The notes under the pieces: model-generated
What the model was told of the DNA's origin: nothing
Databases searched by the model: none
Seen by the model: only the letters and a program-made list of their open reading frames with translations
Position numbers and translations under genes: made by a program
Part shown: in pieces, positions 9,490-18,003 of the stretch
Position numbering within the stretch: position 1 is the first letter of the stretch
Layout: the number at the start of each line of letters is the position of its first letter
Origin: an uncultured Deferribacteres bacterium
Lineage (GTDB): Bacteria; Zhuqueibacterota; Zhuqueibacteria; Zhuqueibacterales; Geothermadaptataceae
Reading direction: 5' to 3'
Length of the DNA: 35,511 nucleotides
Assembly (NCBI GenBank): GCA_964014485.1
Contig: CAXHAT010000074.1
Span: 1 to 35,511, forward strand

Positions 9490-10263
9490 TTATTCCTCAC
9501 CATTCTCTTCATCAGCATCTTGCGTTGCTCCACGATCAGTTTTTCGTCGCTTGGGCAATCCGCCTTCCCGTCCGACGCGATAAAGCGCTCGTCCGGCGGA
9601 GTAAACGATGTAAATAATGACCATCGGGAATATGGCGCTTTGCGGAAAAAACACAACGATAATCAGACTGATCAGAACGGCGGCGAGGTGCAAACTGTTC
9701 TTCCTGCCCGAACGCAAACTAAAGCGCGGCATCGCGTCGAATTCAATCGTGCTTACCATGAGAATGGAAGCGAGAAATGTCAGCGGCAGCATGAAAGACG
9801 ACAGACGGAGCTCGCTCCAGTAATAAAAATTGAAAATAATGAATGATGCGAGCAGAGCCGAAGCCGCAGGCGTCGGGAGCCCTTTAAAATTGACTTTCTC
9901 CGCCCCGGAGACTTGCGTGTTAAATCTGGCGAGTCTTATTGCGCCGAACATCAGAGGGAAAAAGCTGATAATTAAGCCGACCGGCGGCGACATGGTTTTG
10001 AGATAAACTTCGTAAATAAGAAAGGAGGGCGCTACGCCAAACGAAGTAATGTCGGCGAGAGAATCGAACTCGACGCCGAATTTGCTGGAACTTTTGGTCG
10101 CGCGAGCCACTTTCCCGTCAACAGCGTCGAAAACAGCGGCGATAATGATAATCCATGAGGCGGCGGGCAAATCGCCCTTGGCGCTGAGAATAATCGCGTA
10201 GAAGCCGAGAAAAAGGTTCATCACCGTAAGAAAGCCGGGAGCAAGCAGTCGTTTAGGAAACAT
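9490..10263 (-). CDS. pssA: CDP-diacylglycerol--serine O-phosphatidyltransferase
   Basis: CDP-alcohol phosphotransferase motif DAVDGKVAR...FGVEFDSLADITSFGVAP, RLARFN, FKGLPTP; adjacent to psd; start placed at ATG 10263 (alternative 10278). Confidence 0.9.
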   Translation of the reverse strand: MFPKRLLAPGFLTVMNLFLGFYAIILSAKGDLPAASWIIIIAAVFDAVDGKVARATKSSSKFGVEFDSLADITSFGVAPSFLIYEVYLKTMSPPVGLIISFFPLMFGAIRLARFNTQVSGAEKVNFKGLPTPAASALLASFIIFNFYYWSELRLSSFMLPLTFLASILMVSTIEFDAMPRFSLRSGRKNSLHLAAVLISLIIVVFFPQSAIFPMVIIYIVYSAGRALYRVGREGGLPKRRKTDRGATQDADEENGEE

Positions 10264-10927
10264 TTTTAAACGCTCCAATGACGCTCTCGCCGCCTTTAAC
10301 TTTGTCGCCGAGCTTCACGAAAACTTCTGCATCCAACGGCAGAAAAACGTCAACACGCGAGCCGAATTTGATAATTCCCATGCGTTCTCCACGCTGAACT
10401 TTGTGGCCTTCTCTCAAATCACAGCAAATGCGCCGAGCGATCAAACCGGCAATTTGTTTAAAAACCAGTTTCTCTTCTCCATTTTGAACGCCGATCACGG
10501 TCTGTTCATTTTCTGTGGACGCATCCGCGAGATTAGCGCGAACGAAACGACCGGTTTTGTATTTAAAATAATTCACGACGCCGTCAGTCGGGCAACGGTT
10601 GACGTGGACATTGAAAACATTTAAAAAAATGCTGATTTTCTGCGTTTTCGCCTTGAAGAATTCGGGTTCAAACGCTTGAGATATCTCAATAACCTTGCCG
10701 TCGCCTGGAGAAACGATTTCTCTGGATTCACCGTTCGCCGTTCTTTCCGGGTCACGAAAAAAATACAGCGCGAAAAGCGTGAGGCTCCAGAGCGACACGC
10801 TCAAAATTTTCATTACGAGACCGTCTTCGCTGCTCACAGCAAAAACGGTCATCAAAACGGCAGCAGCCGCAAATGCGAAGATGCTGCCGTAGCCTTCTCT
10901 GTGTATCACTTTTTTTCCAATCTTCAA
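10253..10927 (-). CDS. psd: Phosphatidylserine decarboxylase proenzyme
   Basis: FFRDPER, SPGDGKV, SIFLNVFNVHVNR, QIAGLIARRI, KFGSRVD self-cleavage motif. Confidence 0.93.
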   Translation of the reverse strand: MKIGKKVIHREGYGSIFAFAAAAVLMTVFAVSSEDGLVMKILSVSLWSLTLFALYFFRDPERTANGESREIVSPGDGKVIEISQAFEPEFFKAKTQKISIFLNVFNVHVNRCPTDGVVNYFKYKTGRFVRANLADASTENEQTVIGVQNGEEKLVFKQIAGLIARRICCDLREGHKVQRGERMGIIKFGSRVDVFLPLDAEVFVKLGDKVKGGESVIGAFKNVS

Positions 10928-10936
10928 AATGACTGA

Positions 10937-11656
10937 TCAGGCAAGCTCTTTGAAGACGCGCCTACGCATTTCTTCGTAAGCTTCTTCAACGTTGCCAAGG
11001 TCTAAACGGAAGCGGTCTTTGTCGAGCTTTTCATCTGTTTCCATATCCCAGAAACGGCAAGTGTCCGGCGAAATCTCGTCGGCAAGAATGATTTTGCCGT
11101 CCTTGCCGCGTCCAAACTCAAGCTTGTAGTCGACCAAACGGATTTGGCGGCGCTCAAAAAAGGCGCGCAAAATAGCGTTCACTTTAAAAGCGGCCCGCCT
11201 AATGACGCGAAGCTCGTCCTCGGTGCACAGCTTTTGCGAAATGGCTTCTTCATCCGTAATCAGCGGATCGCCCTTGGCGTCATCTTTTAGAAAGAGTTCC
11301 AAAAGCGGCGGATCGAGCTTATCGCCTTCCTTCACGCCGTCCATGCGCTTCAGAAGAGAGCCGGCGGCGTAATTTCGCACGACCACTTCAATCGCCAGCA
11401 TGTCCAAATTGGATACGATCATGGCGTTATCAGCAAAAACTTCAACAAAATGCGTGGGCAAGTTGTAGCTGTCTATAACACGAAAAAGTTGCGCCGACAT
11501 CTGGTTGTTGACATAACCTTTATTGGCGATTTTTCCTGATTTCTTACCGTTAAACGCAGTTGCGTCATCTTTGAATTCTTGAATGAGAAGGTTTTCATTG
11601 TCCGTCTCAAATAGAATTTTCGCTTTACCTTCGTAAAGTTGCTTTTTCTTTTTCAC
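10937..11656 (-). CDS. purC: SAICAR synthetase
   Basis: LYEGKAK, FKDDATAFNG, LVDYKLEFG, LADEISPDTCRFWD, LDKDRFR. Confidence 0.97.
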   Translation of the reverse strand: MKKKKQLYEGKAKILFETDNENLLIQEFKDDATAFNGKKSGKIANKGYVNNQMSAQLFRVIDSYNLPTHFVEVFADNAMIVSNLDMLAIEVVVRNYAAGSLLKRMDGVKEGDKLDPPLLELFLKDDAKGDPLITDEEAISQKLCTEDELRVIRRAAFKVNAILRAFFERRQIRLVDYKLEFGRGKDGKIILADEISPDTCRFWDMETDEKLDKDRFRLDLGNVEEAYEEMRRRVFKELA

Positions 11657-11714
11657 AGTTTCCTCTCAGCTAGTTAAGAGTCGTTTTTATGGTCAACTAT
11701 TCTATTGTCACGAT

Positions 11715-13013
11715 TTAGTCAAGCAAGCCGACGCGCTTAAATATCGCGTTGACCTTGCTCAAGTTTTTTGAAAGATCAAAGCATTCCATCACGCCGTCGC
11801 GGCCAATCGCTTTGATAATTTCAGCGTCATTTTCAACAAATTCTCGGAACGGCTTGCGTGATTCCCAAGAAGCCATGGCGTTCTTTTGCACCAGAGCATA
11901 ACTTTGCTCGCGCGTCAGGCCGCTTTGGGCGAGCGCAAGCAAAACGGATTGCGAGAAAATCAAACCGTTCGTCGCGTCTAAATTCCGCTTCATATTTTCC
12001 GGGTAGACAACAAGATTCTCAATGATGTTTGTGAATTTATGAAGCAAATAATCCAGCGTAATTGTACTGTCGGGGATAATAACGCGCTCAACGCTGCTGT
12101 GCGTAATATCGCGCTCGTGCCACAGCGGCACGTTTTCCATCGCGACATGCGCATTGCCGCGCAGCAACCTGGCCATGCCTGAAATGCGTTCGCACGTAAT
12201 CGGGTTTTTCTTATGCGGCATAGCCGACGAGCCTTTTTGGCCTTTGCTGAAATATTCTTCGGCTTCCAGAATGTCCGTTCTCTGGAAATTGCGGATTTCG
12301 GTGGCGAATTTATCGAGCGACGAACCGATAAGCGCGATCGTCGTCAAGAACTCGGCGTGGCGGTCGCGCTGCACAATTTGCGTAGAAACCGGTGCGGGGC
12401 TAAGTCCAAGCTTTTCACAAACGTAGGCTTCCACGGAGGGGTCAATGTGCGCGAACGTGCCAACGGCGCCGGAAATTTTCCCGACGGAAACCACGTCGAC
12501 GGCGCGCTGCAATCTTTCCTGACATCGCCGCAATTCATCGTACCACAGCGCGAGTTTCAAGCCAAAAGTCATCGGTTCCGCGTGAATGCCGTGCGTACGC
12601 CCGACGCAAACAGTGTTTTTAAATTCCAGGGCGCGCTTCCCGACCGCTTCTCGGCTGCGCTGCAAACCTTTTACAAGCAGCAAACCCGCCGAACGCATCT
12701 GAAAAGCCAATGAAGTGTCCAGCAAATCCGACGAAGTCATGCCGAGGTGAATGTAGCGGCTGGCCGGGCCAACGTATTCGGCAACGTTGGTTAAAAAAGC
12801 GATGACGTCGTGCTGTGTCTCTTCTTCAATTTCAAGCACGCGCTTGCGTTCGAATTGCGCTTTCGCCTTGATTTCTTTGAGTGCGTCTTCGGGAACGATT
12901 CCAAGCTTTGCCTGCGCTTCACAGGCAAGCACTTCGACCTTGAGCCAAGTCGCGAGCTTATTTTCTTCACTCCAGATTTTCCCCATTTCCGGTCGGGTAT
13001 ATCGTTCAATCAT
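11715..13013 (-). CDS. purB: Adenylosuccinate lyase
   Basis: MIERYTRPEM, HLGMTSSD, GRTHGIHAEP, GSSAMPHKKNP, LWHERDITHSSVER. Confidence 0.97.
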   Translation of the reverse strand: MIERYTRPEMGKIWSEENKLATWLKVEVLACEAQAKLGIVPEDALKEIKAKAQFERKRVLEIEEETQHDVIAFLTNVAEYVGPASRYIHLGMTSSDLLDTSLAFQMRSAGLLLVKGLQRSREAVGKRALEFKNTVCVGRTHGIHAEPMTFGLKLALWYDELRRCQERLQRAVDVVSVGKISGAVGTFAHIDPSVEAYVCEKLGLSPAPVSTQIVQRDRHAEFLTTIALIGSSLDKFATEIRNFQRTDILEAEEYFSKGQKGSSAMPHKKNPITCERISGMARLLRGNAHVAMENVPLWHERDITHSSVERVIIPDSTITLDYLLHKFTNIIENLVVYPENMKRNLDATNGLIFSQSVLLALAQSGLTREQSYALVQKNAMASWESRKPFREFVENDAEIIKAIGRDGVMECFDLSKNLSKVNAIFKRVGLLD

Positions 13014-13016
13014 GGT

Positions 13017-14180
13017 CTAAAGCCTGAGTTTTGTTGAAAATATCTGTTTGTTGCGATAGACGGTGAGCTCAAGAAGTTCTCCAGGGCGGGCGTCACGCTC
13101 CTCAATGATGGCGTCGACGTCGCTGACTTTTGAAATTGCTTTTCCTTCTATCTGTAAAATAACGTCAGCGACTTTGAGTCCGGCTCTCTCGCCCGAGCTG
13201 TTTTTCTGGATGTTGGTGATTACCGCGCCCTGCGTTGAACGCAACCCAAGAAACCAGGCGACGCGCCGAGTCAAGTTCTCAATTTCGATGCCGGTGTTAA
13301 ACGTCCGATTGACTTTTCCAAAACGTTTGATCTCATCAATGATGACCAGCAAGCGATCTGCGGGAATGGCGAACCCAAGCCCGATTGAACCGCCTCCGTT
13401 GCCGCTAAAAATGAAAGTGTTCATTCCGATTACTTGCCCAAGCGCATTCACCAGCGGACCGCCGCTGTTGCCTTGGTTAATCGAAGCGTCGGTTTGAATC
13501 ATATCCTTGTAAACATGGTCGTCGAGCTTGCCGAAATCTTGATCGAGCGCTGAAATCACCCCGACCGTCACCGTAGGTTTCGCGTTTAAGTCAAACAATC
13601 CAAACGGATTGCCGAAAGCAATGACCCATTCACCGATCAGCAAATCGTTTGAAGCGCCAAAACTCACCGGCTTCAAAACGCCGGGGTCGCGCATTTTTAG
13701 CAAAGCGATATCCGAAATATCGTCATCTCCAACAACGTCGGCGATGTGCTGTGATCCGTCCGTTAGGGTCACCGTGATTTCAGCGGCGTCACGCACGACA
13801 TGCTGATTGGTGACCACGTGACCTTCCCTATCGACTATGAAACCCGAGCCGAGACTTTCCACTTTTTCTCGTCGGGGAACGGAAGGAAAAAAATAGCTAA
13901 AAAACGGATCGTCATTGAAAATATTGCGCCGATTTCGGATACGGATGACATTGATGCCGACGACGGAATCATTTACCCGCTGCACAGCGCGCGTGATTGC
14001 CGTGCGGCGACTGTTTGCAATGCTTTGCTGCTGGGCGTTGAAGTTCTCCGCAGAATTCAAGCGTTTTTCCCTGGCCGCTTTTCCCGAACGTTTTTCAGAC
14101 GAACGGGGCTCGCTTCCTACAACTGAAGCCGCCAGTAAAAAGACGATAAAGAATGCTTGAAAGATTGTTCTTACCATCAA
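13017..14180 (-). CDS. HtrA/DegP-family serine protease with one PDZ domain
   Basis: Signal peptide; LGSGFIV, VTNQHVV, DIALL, IQTDASINQGNSGGPL catalytic triad motifs; C-terminal PDZ. Confidence 0.92.
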   Translation of the reverse strand: MMVRTIFQAFFIVFLLAASVVGSEPRSSEKRSGKAAREKRLNSAENFNAQQQSIANSRRTAITRAVQRVNDSVVGINVIRIRNRRNIFNDDPFFSYFFPSVPRREKVESLGSGFIVDREGHVVTNQHVVRDAAEITVTLTDGSQHIADVVGDDDISDIALLKMRDPGVLKPVSFGASNDLLIGEWVIAFGNPFGLFDLNAKPTVTVGVISALDQDFGKLDDHVYKDMIQTDASINQGNSGGPLVNALGQVIGMNTFIFSGNGGGSIGLGFAIPADRLLVIIDEIKRFGKVNRTFNTGIEIENLTRRVAWFLGLRSTQGAVITNIQKNSSGERAGLKVADVILQIEGKAISKVSDVDAIIEERDARPGELLELTVYRNKQIFSTKLRL

Positions 14181-14207
14181 TTTCTATTCAAATTCTTAAT
14201 GACTGAT

Positions 14208-14434
14208 GTTACGCAGCTGGCCAATGATACGGCATTTGACAAACAATTTTGCTCTACGCGTCATGCCTGCGGAGGCAGGAATCCAGTGGCCGTGCACCAT
14301 TTTCTGGATTCCTGCCTCCGCAGGAATGACGTTGAAAACGCTTTTGAGGGCTAAAGAGCTCTATTCTCAATTGCAATATTAGACTCGGCCGAAAACCAAT
14401 CTACAACAGCAGGCATTATTGGCAAGCGCGTAAC
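14208..14434. repeat. MITE-like element copy A with central REP-like palindrome
   Basis: About 20-bp imperfect TIRs (GTTACGC...GCGTAAC); 27-bp inverted arms at 14260-14286 and 14304-14330; homologous in inverted orientation to 25775-25997. Confidence 0.85.
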
Positions 14435-14439
14435 GTTAG

Positions 14440-15168
14440 TTAATAATAGACTTTTTCCAAAAACAAGCCTTTTGCCGGCGCTTTATAAACGCTTCTGCTC
14501 TTCTCCTGGCTGTAGAGCATCGAGGAGAACTCGTCCATTGAAATCTTGCGTCGTCCAACGTTCAGCATTGTGCCGACCAGCAAACGAACCATGCTGTGAA
14601 GAAAACGATTGGCTTTTATCCGAAACGCCAGCAAGTGGTTTTCTTTCGTCCAATGCGCAAACTCAATTCGGCACATGTAATGCTTTTCAGTAGGTATATC
14701 CTTGCTAAACGCCCTGAAAACATGTTCGCCGACAACCAACGCCGCCGCTTTGTTGAGCAACGAAAAATCAAGAAAATATTTGCAAACCAAAGCGTAATCT
14801 CTTCCGATTGACAAGGGCTCTGGACTGATAAAATAGGCGTACTCACGAGCTTTCGCACTGAATCTCGCATGAAAATTATCCGGCGCTTGCGAGACCGTCT
14901 TGATCGTCAAATCGTGACTTGTTACCGCATTGAGTGAGGCGCAAAGTTTATCACAATTGAGCGGTTTATCCGATGAAAAATTTGCAACTTGCCCGCGCGC
15001 ATGCACGCCAGAGTCCGTCCTGCCGGCGCTGTGCAACGTTTTCTCTTCTTTTAACAAAAGAAAAAGCGCTTTTTCAATTTCGCCCTGTACGGTTCGCAGC
15101 TTCACTTGTCGCTGCCAGCCGTGGTAAGCCGTGCCGTCGTATTCAACCAATAATTTATAGTTCGCCAT
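14440..15168 (-). CDS. truA: tRNA pseudouridine(38-40) synthase
   Basis: EYDGTAYHGWQRQ, AGRTDSGVHARGQV, FHARFSA, FLHSMVRLLVGT, APAKGLFLEKVYY. Confidence 0.96.
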   Translation of the reverse strand: MANYKLLVEYDGTAYHGWQRQVKLRTVQGEIEKALFLLLKEEKTLHSAGRTDSGVHARGQVANFSSDKPLNCDKLCASLNAVTSHDLTIKTVSQAPDNFHARFSAKAREYAYFISPEPLSIGRDYALVCKYFLDFSLLNKAAALVVGEHVFRAFSKDIPTEKHYMCRIEFAHWTKENHLLAFRIKANRFLHSMVRLLVGTMLNVGRRKISMDEFSSMLYSQEKSRSVYKAPAKGLFLEKVYY

Positions 15169-15186
15169 GTCAGGCGCTGGCGGCGT

Positions 15187-15957
15187 TTAAAAATTCAATA
15201 GCGAAAAAACGACCGTAACAATGCCCAGAGCCGCTATTTCCTTGAGGTTCCATTTGTATTTTTTCAGTCGCAATCGAAGTGACTCATTGGCGAAACACCT
15301 TGCGCTCATCGCCTCGCTGATTTCCTCAGCTCGCTGAAATAATGACAGCAGCAGCGGCGCCACCAACGGCTTTAGCAACTGAACCTTCCGTCTTATCGTC
15401 CCGGAAAAATTCGCGCCGCGAGCCGATTGCGCTTTTTTTAGGCGTTCCACATCATCCCGGATGATGGCAATAAATCGCATCGTCAGCGTCAGAATAAAAG
15501 CAAATTGCATAACCGGGAATTTTAGAACAGCGGTCGGCCTTATCCCCCAAATAATCGCGTCAGTGATTTCGAGATGTGACGTCGTGAGCGTGAACAATGT
15601 GACGAGCAGAATCAGTAAAATCACACGCACGCAAAGCAAACCTGCATAAATCAAGTTTTCCGAATAGATTGAGACGTTGAACAAGCGAAACAATTCAGTT
15701 TGACCGGCCGACCCAACGAGCGCGTTAATGCAAAATGTAATCAGGAGAAGAAAGGACATAAACTTCAAATTCTGAAAAACAACATTGTACGGCACGTTGG
15801 AAACTGAGACGCCGACCGCAATAATTGCAGCCCAACATGCCAGCGCTATTGGCGCCTTGTTCAAAAAGAGTGACAGGGAAACGACAGACACGATGAAGAG
15901 CTTGGTTCGGGCGTCCAGTTTATGAATCAGGGAGTTGGTGGAATAATAACTTCCCAA
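15187..15957 (-). CDS. ecfT: Energy-coupling factor transporter transmembrane component T
   Basis: IHKLDARTKL N-terminus, several TM helices, and the two coupling-helix Arg motifs (AQSARG, AMSARC). Confidence 0.85.
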   Translation of the reverse strand: MGSYYSTNSLIHKLDARTKLFIVSVVSLSLFLNKAPIALACWAAIIAVGVSVSNVPYNVVFQNLKFMSFLLLITFCINALVGSAGQTELFRLFNVSIYSENLIYAGLLCVRVILLILLVTLFTLTTSHLEITDAIIWGIRPTAVLKFPVMQFAFILTLTMRFIAIIRDDVERLKKAQSARGANFSGTIRRKVQLLKPLVAPLLLSLFQRAEEISEAMSARCFANESLRLRLKKYKWNLKEIAALGIVTVVFSLLNF

Positions 15958-16113
15958 AATCGATCCAGCGTTAGCAATTTACCGCAAAAAAAGTCGCAAA
16001 ATATAAACGAATTCTCCAAAAAAACAAAGTATTTCTCCTAGCCGGATTTGCTTGACATCCGGTCGTGTGCGCCATAAGTTTAGCGCACGAAACTCATCAA
16101 ACCGGCAGCAAAA

Positions 16114-17067
16114 ATGAACAGACAAACTCTTTCTCGCGTCGAGTCCGCCGTGAGGGAAACAATGCAGCATTGCGCGTCAATCCAACCGGAAAGCGCTGTT
16201 ATGATCGTCTGTTCGAAACCTTCACAAAATCTTGCGGAAATCTTTCGCGCCATTGCCGAAGAGACTTGCACGGAAGCGTTTCTTATTTGCAGCCAAGGCC
16301 AAATTTGGCGGCACAGCGCGCTGGGGAAATCATTTCGCCACATTCTTCCCAATGTTGACACGACGTTTTTTGTTCACTCAGAAATTTCACCGGCCGTTTT
16401 GCCTCTCAAAGAAACCGCCTTTCGCGGAGGCCGGTTTATCTGCATCCCGGCAAACCGCCCGGAGACCTTTTTGAGGTGGGCGCGGCTCAAGGTCAATCGT
16501 ATCGCCGAAAAAACCATAAAGATTTCCGAAATTTTATCCATTGGGCGAGAATTGGAGATTGGCTCTGCAGACAAAGCCAGCCTAAAAATGTCGATTCAAA
16601 GAAAGCGCGGACTGCCTGACGTTGGGCGGCTATTGGAAAATACAAGCTTTTGTTCGCTCCCGGCCGGCGAGGTGAGAATACAGCCCGTACAGTCTTCAAT
16701 TCACGGGCAGATTTTTGTCGATAAAATTGCCGGGACTGCCTGCCCAAACAATGAAGGGACGACATTATTTGTAAAAGAAGGGAAGATTTCCCGCATTAAA
16801 GGCCAGGGCGCCGTCGCCAATATGCTGCGCCGCCGCTTTCGGAATGCTGACAAGGAAATTCTTGAGTTTAGCATCGGCGTCAACGAACACTTTTCATTTG
16901 GCAAAAATTATTATGAGGACAAGAGAGTGTTGGGCGCTGTAAGTCTTTCTTTCAAGAAAACGACAAATGACAGGCCGTCTGCTCCGCTAAGCGCGATTTC
17001 GAGCTCCCCAAACGTTTTCATCGATGGTCGCAAGATCATGAACGACGGCGCTTCCATCCTCGTATAA
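16114..17067 (+). CDS. Aminopeptidase-like protein (M29/leucyl-aminopeptidase-like), probably degenerate
   Basis: SLPAGEV, IHGQIFVD, EFSIGVN and EDKRVLG resemble family motifs, but the His ligands are not evident. Confidence 0.55.
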   Translation: MNRQTLSRVESAVRETMQHCASIQPESAVMIVCSKPSQNLAEIFRAIAEETCTEAFLICSQGQIWRHSALGKSFRHILPNVDTTFFVHSEISPAVLPLKETAFRGGRFICIPANRPETFLRWARLKVNRIAEKTIKISEILSIGRELEIGSADKASLKMSIQRKRGLPDVGRLLENTSFCSLPAGEVRIQPVQSSIHGQIFVDKIAGTACPNNEGTTLFVKEGKISRIKGQGAVANMLRRRFRNADKEILEFSIGVNEHFSFGKNYYEDKRVLGAVSLSFKKTTNDRPSAPLSAISSSPNVFIDGRKIMNDGASILV

Positions 17068-17070
17068 TTT

Positions 17071-17895
17071 TCAAGCCAGCGACCATCTCAAGTAAAAATA
17101 AATGACCGGTGCGACGAGCAATTCGCTGTCAAATCGGTCCAAGACCCCGCCGTGCCCCGGCAGTATTGCCGAAGCGTCTTTCACGCCTGCATCGCGTTTA
17201 AAAAGTGACTCCAGCAAATCGCTCATCTGCCCCAAAAGTCCAATGATAATCCCAAGCGTAATCGCCTGCTCCCACCCCAAATGCTCAGGGAAAAGATAAC
17301 GCACGCCAACCGTTGTCAGCAAGCTGCCGAATAAACCGCCAACGGCGCCCTCAATCGTTTTATTCGGGCTGATATTCGGCGACAGTTTTCGCTTGCCAAA
17401 CCGGCTGCCGACAAAATAGGCCGCGCTGTCACAAATCCAGGTCGCCAGAAAAATCGTTAGAATCCATACGCCGCCCGCTTGATAATCGATGTTCGCAATC
17501 GTAGGCAATTCGCGAATGGCAACCATGAAAACGCCGAGAACGCCGACATAAAAAAAAGTTAATAACGCTGTTGATGCATTCATGATGACGTTGTTCGCGT
17601 CTCGAAAAAGCTCGGTTATAAACAGCACAAGAATATAAGCTGTCAAAAATGTCAGCAGGAACTCCAGACTGCCCCAATAAACTCCGGCGAACAAAACAAC
17701 GACAGCGACGAGCGTTAGAAAATGGGACGGGATTTCAATTTTTTTCTGAAGAATTTTTACAAATTCAAACGCGGACGTCATCGTAATGACAAGAGCCGCT
17801 CCCCAAAAAAATACGCCGCCATACCAAGCGGCAAGCAAAACAATTGGGCCGCCGACAAGCGCAACAGATATACGTCGGCCAAGTTGTGCGTACAC
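17071..17895 (-). CDS. cdsA: Phosphatidate cytidylyltransferase
   Basis: WICDSAAYFVGSRFGKRKLSPNISPNKTIEG; DLLESLFKRDAGVKDAS..LPGHGGVLDRFDS. Confidence 0.95.
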   Translation of the reverse strand: MYAQLGRRISVALVGGPIVLLAAWYGGVFFWGAALVITMTSAFEFVKILQKKIEIPSHFLTLVAVVVLFAGVYWGSLEFLLTFLTAYILVLFITELFRDANNVIMNASTALLTFFYVGVLGVFMVAIRELPTIANIDYQAGGVWILTIFLATWICDSAAYFVGSRFGKRKLSPNISPNKTIEGAVGGLFGSLLTTVGVRYLFPEHLGWEQAITLGIIIGLLGQMSDLLESLFKRDAGVKDASAILPGHGGVLDRFDSELLVAPVIYFYLRWSLA

Positions 17896-18003
17896 GTTTT
17901 TCCTCCTCTCCGAAATTGTCTCAGGTAATTTTTTTGACAGGTCAGCAACTGGAGCCGAACAGGAGCATTACCTCGTGCTCCTGAAAAAGAGAGCCGTTAG
18001 CAT

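Noticed and set aside
14157..14354. 65-aa ORF containing RHACGGRNP...LDSCLRRND
   Set aside because: This is the translation of the palindromic repeat, a typical spurious ORF.
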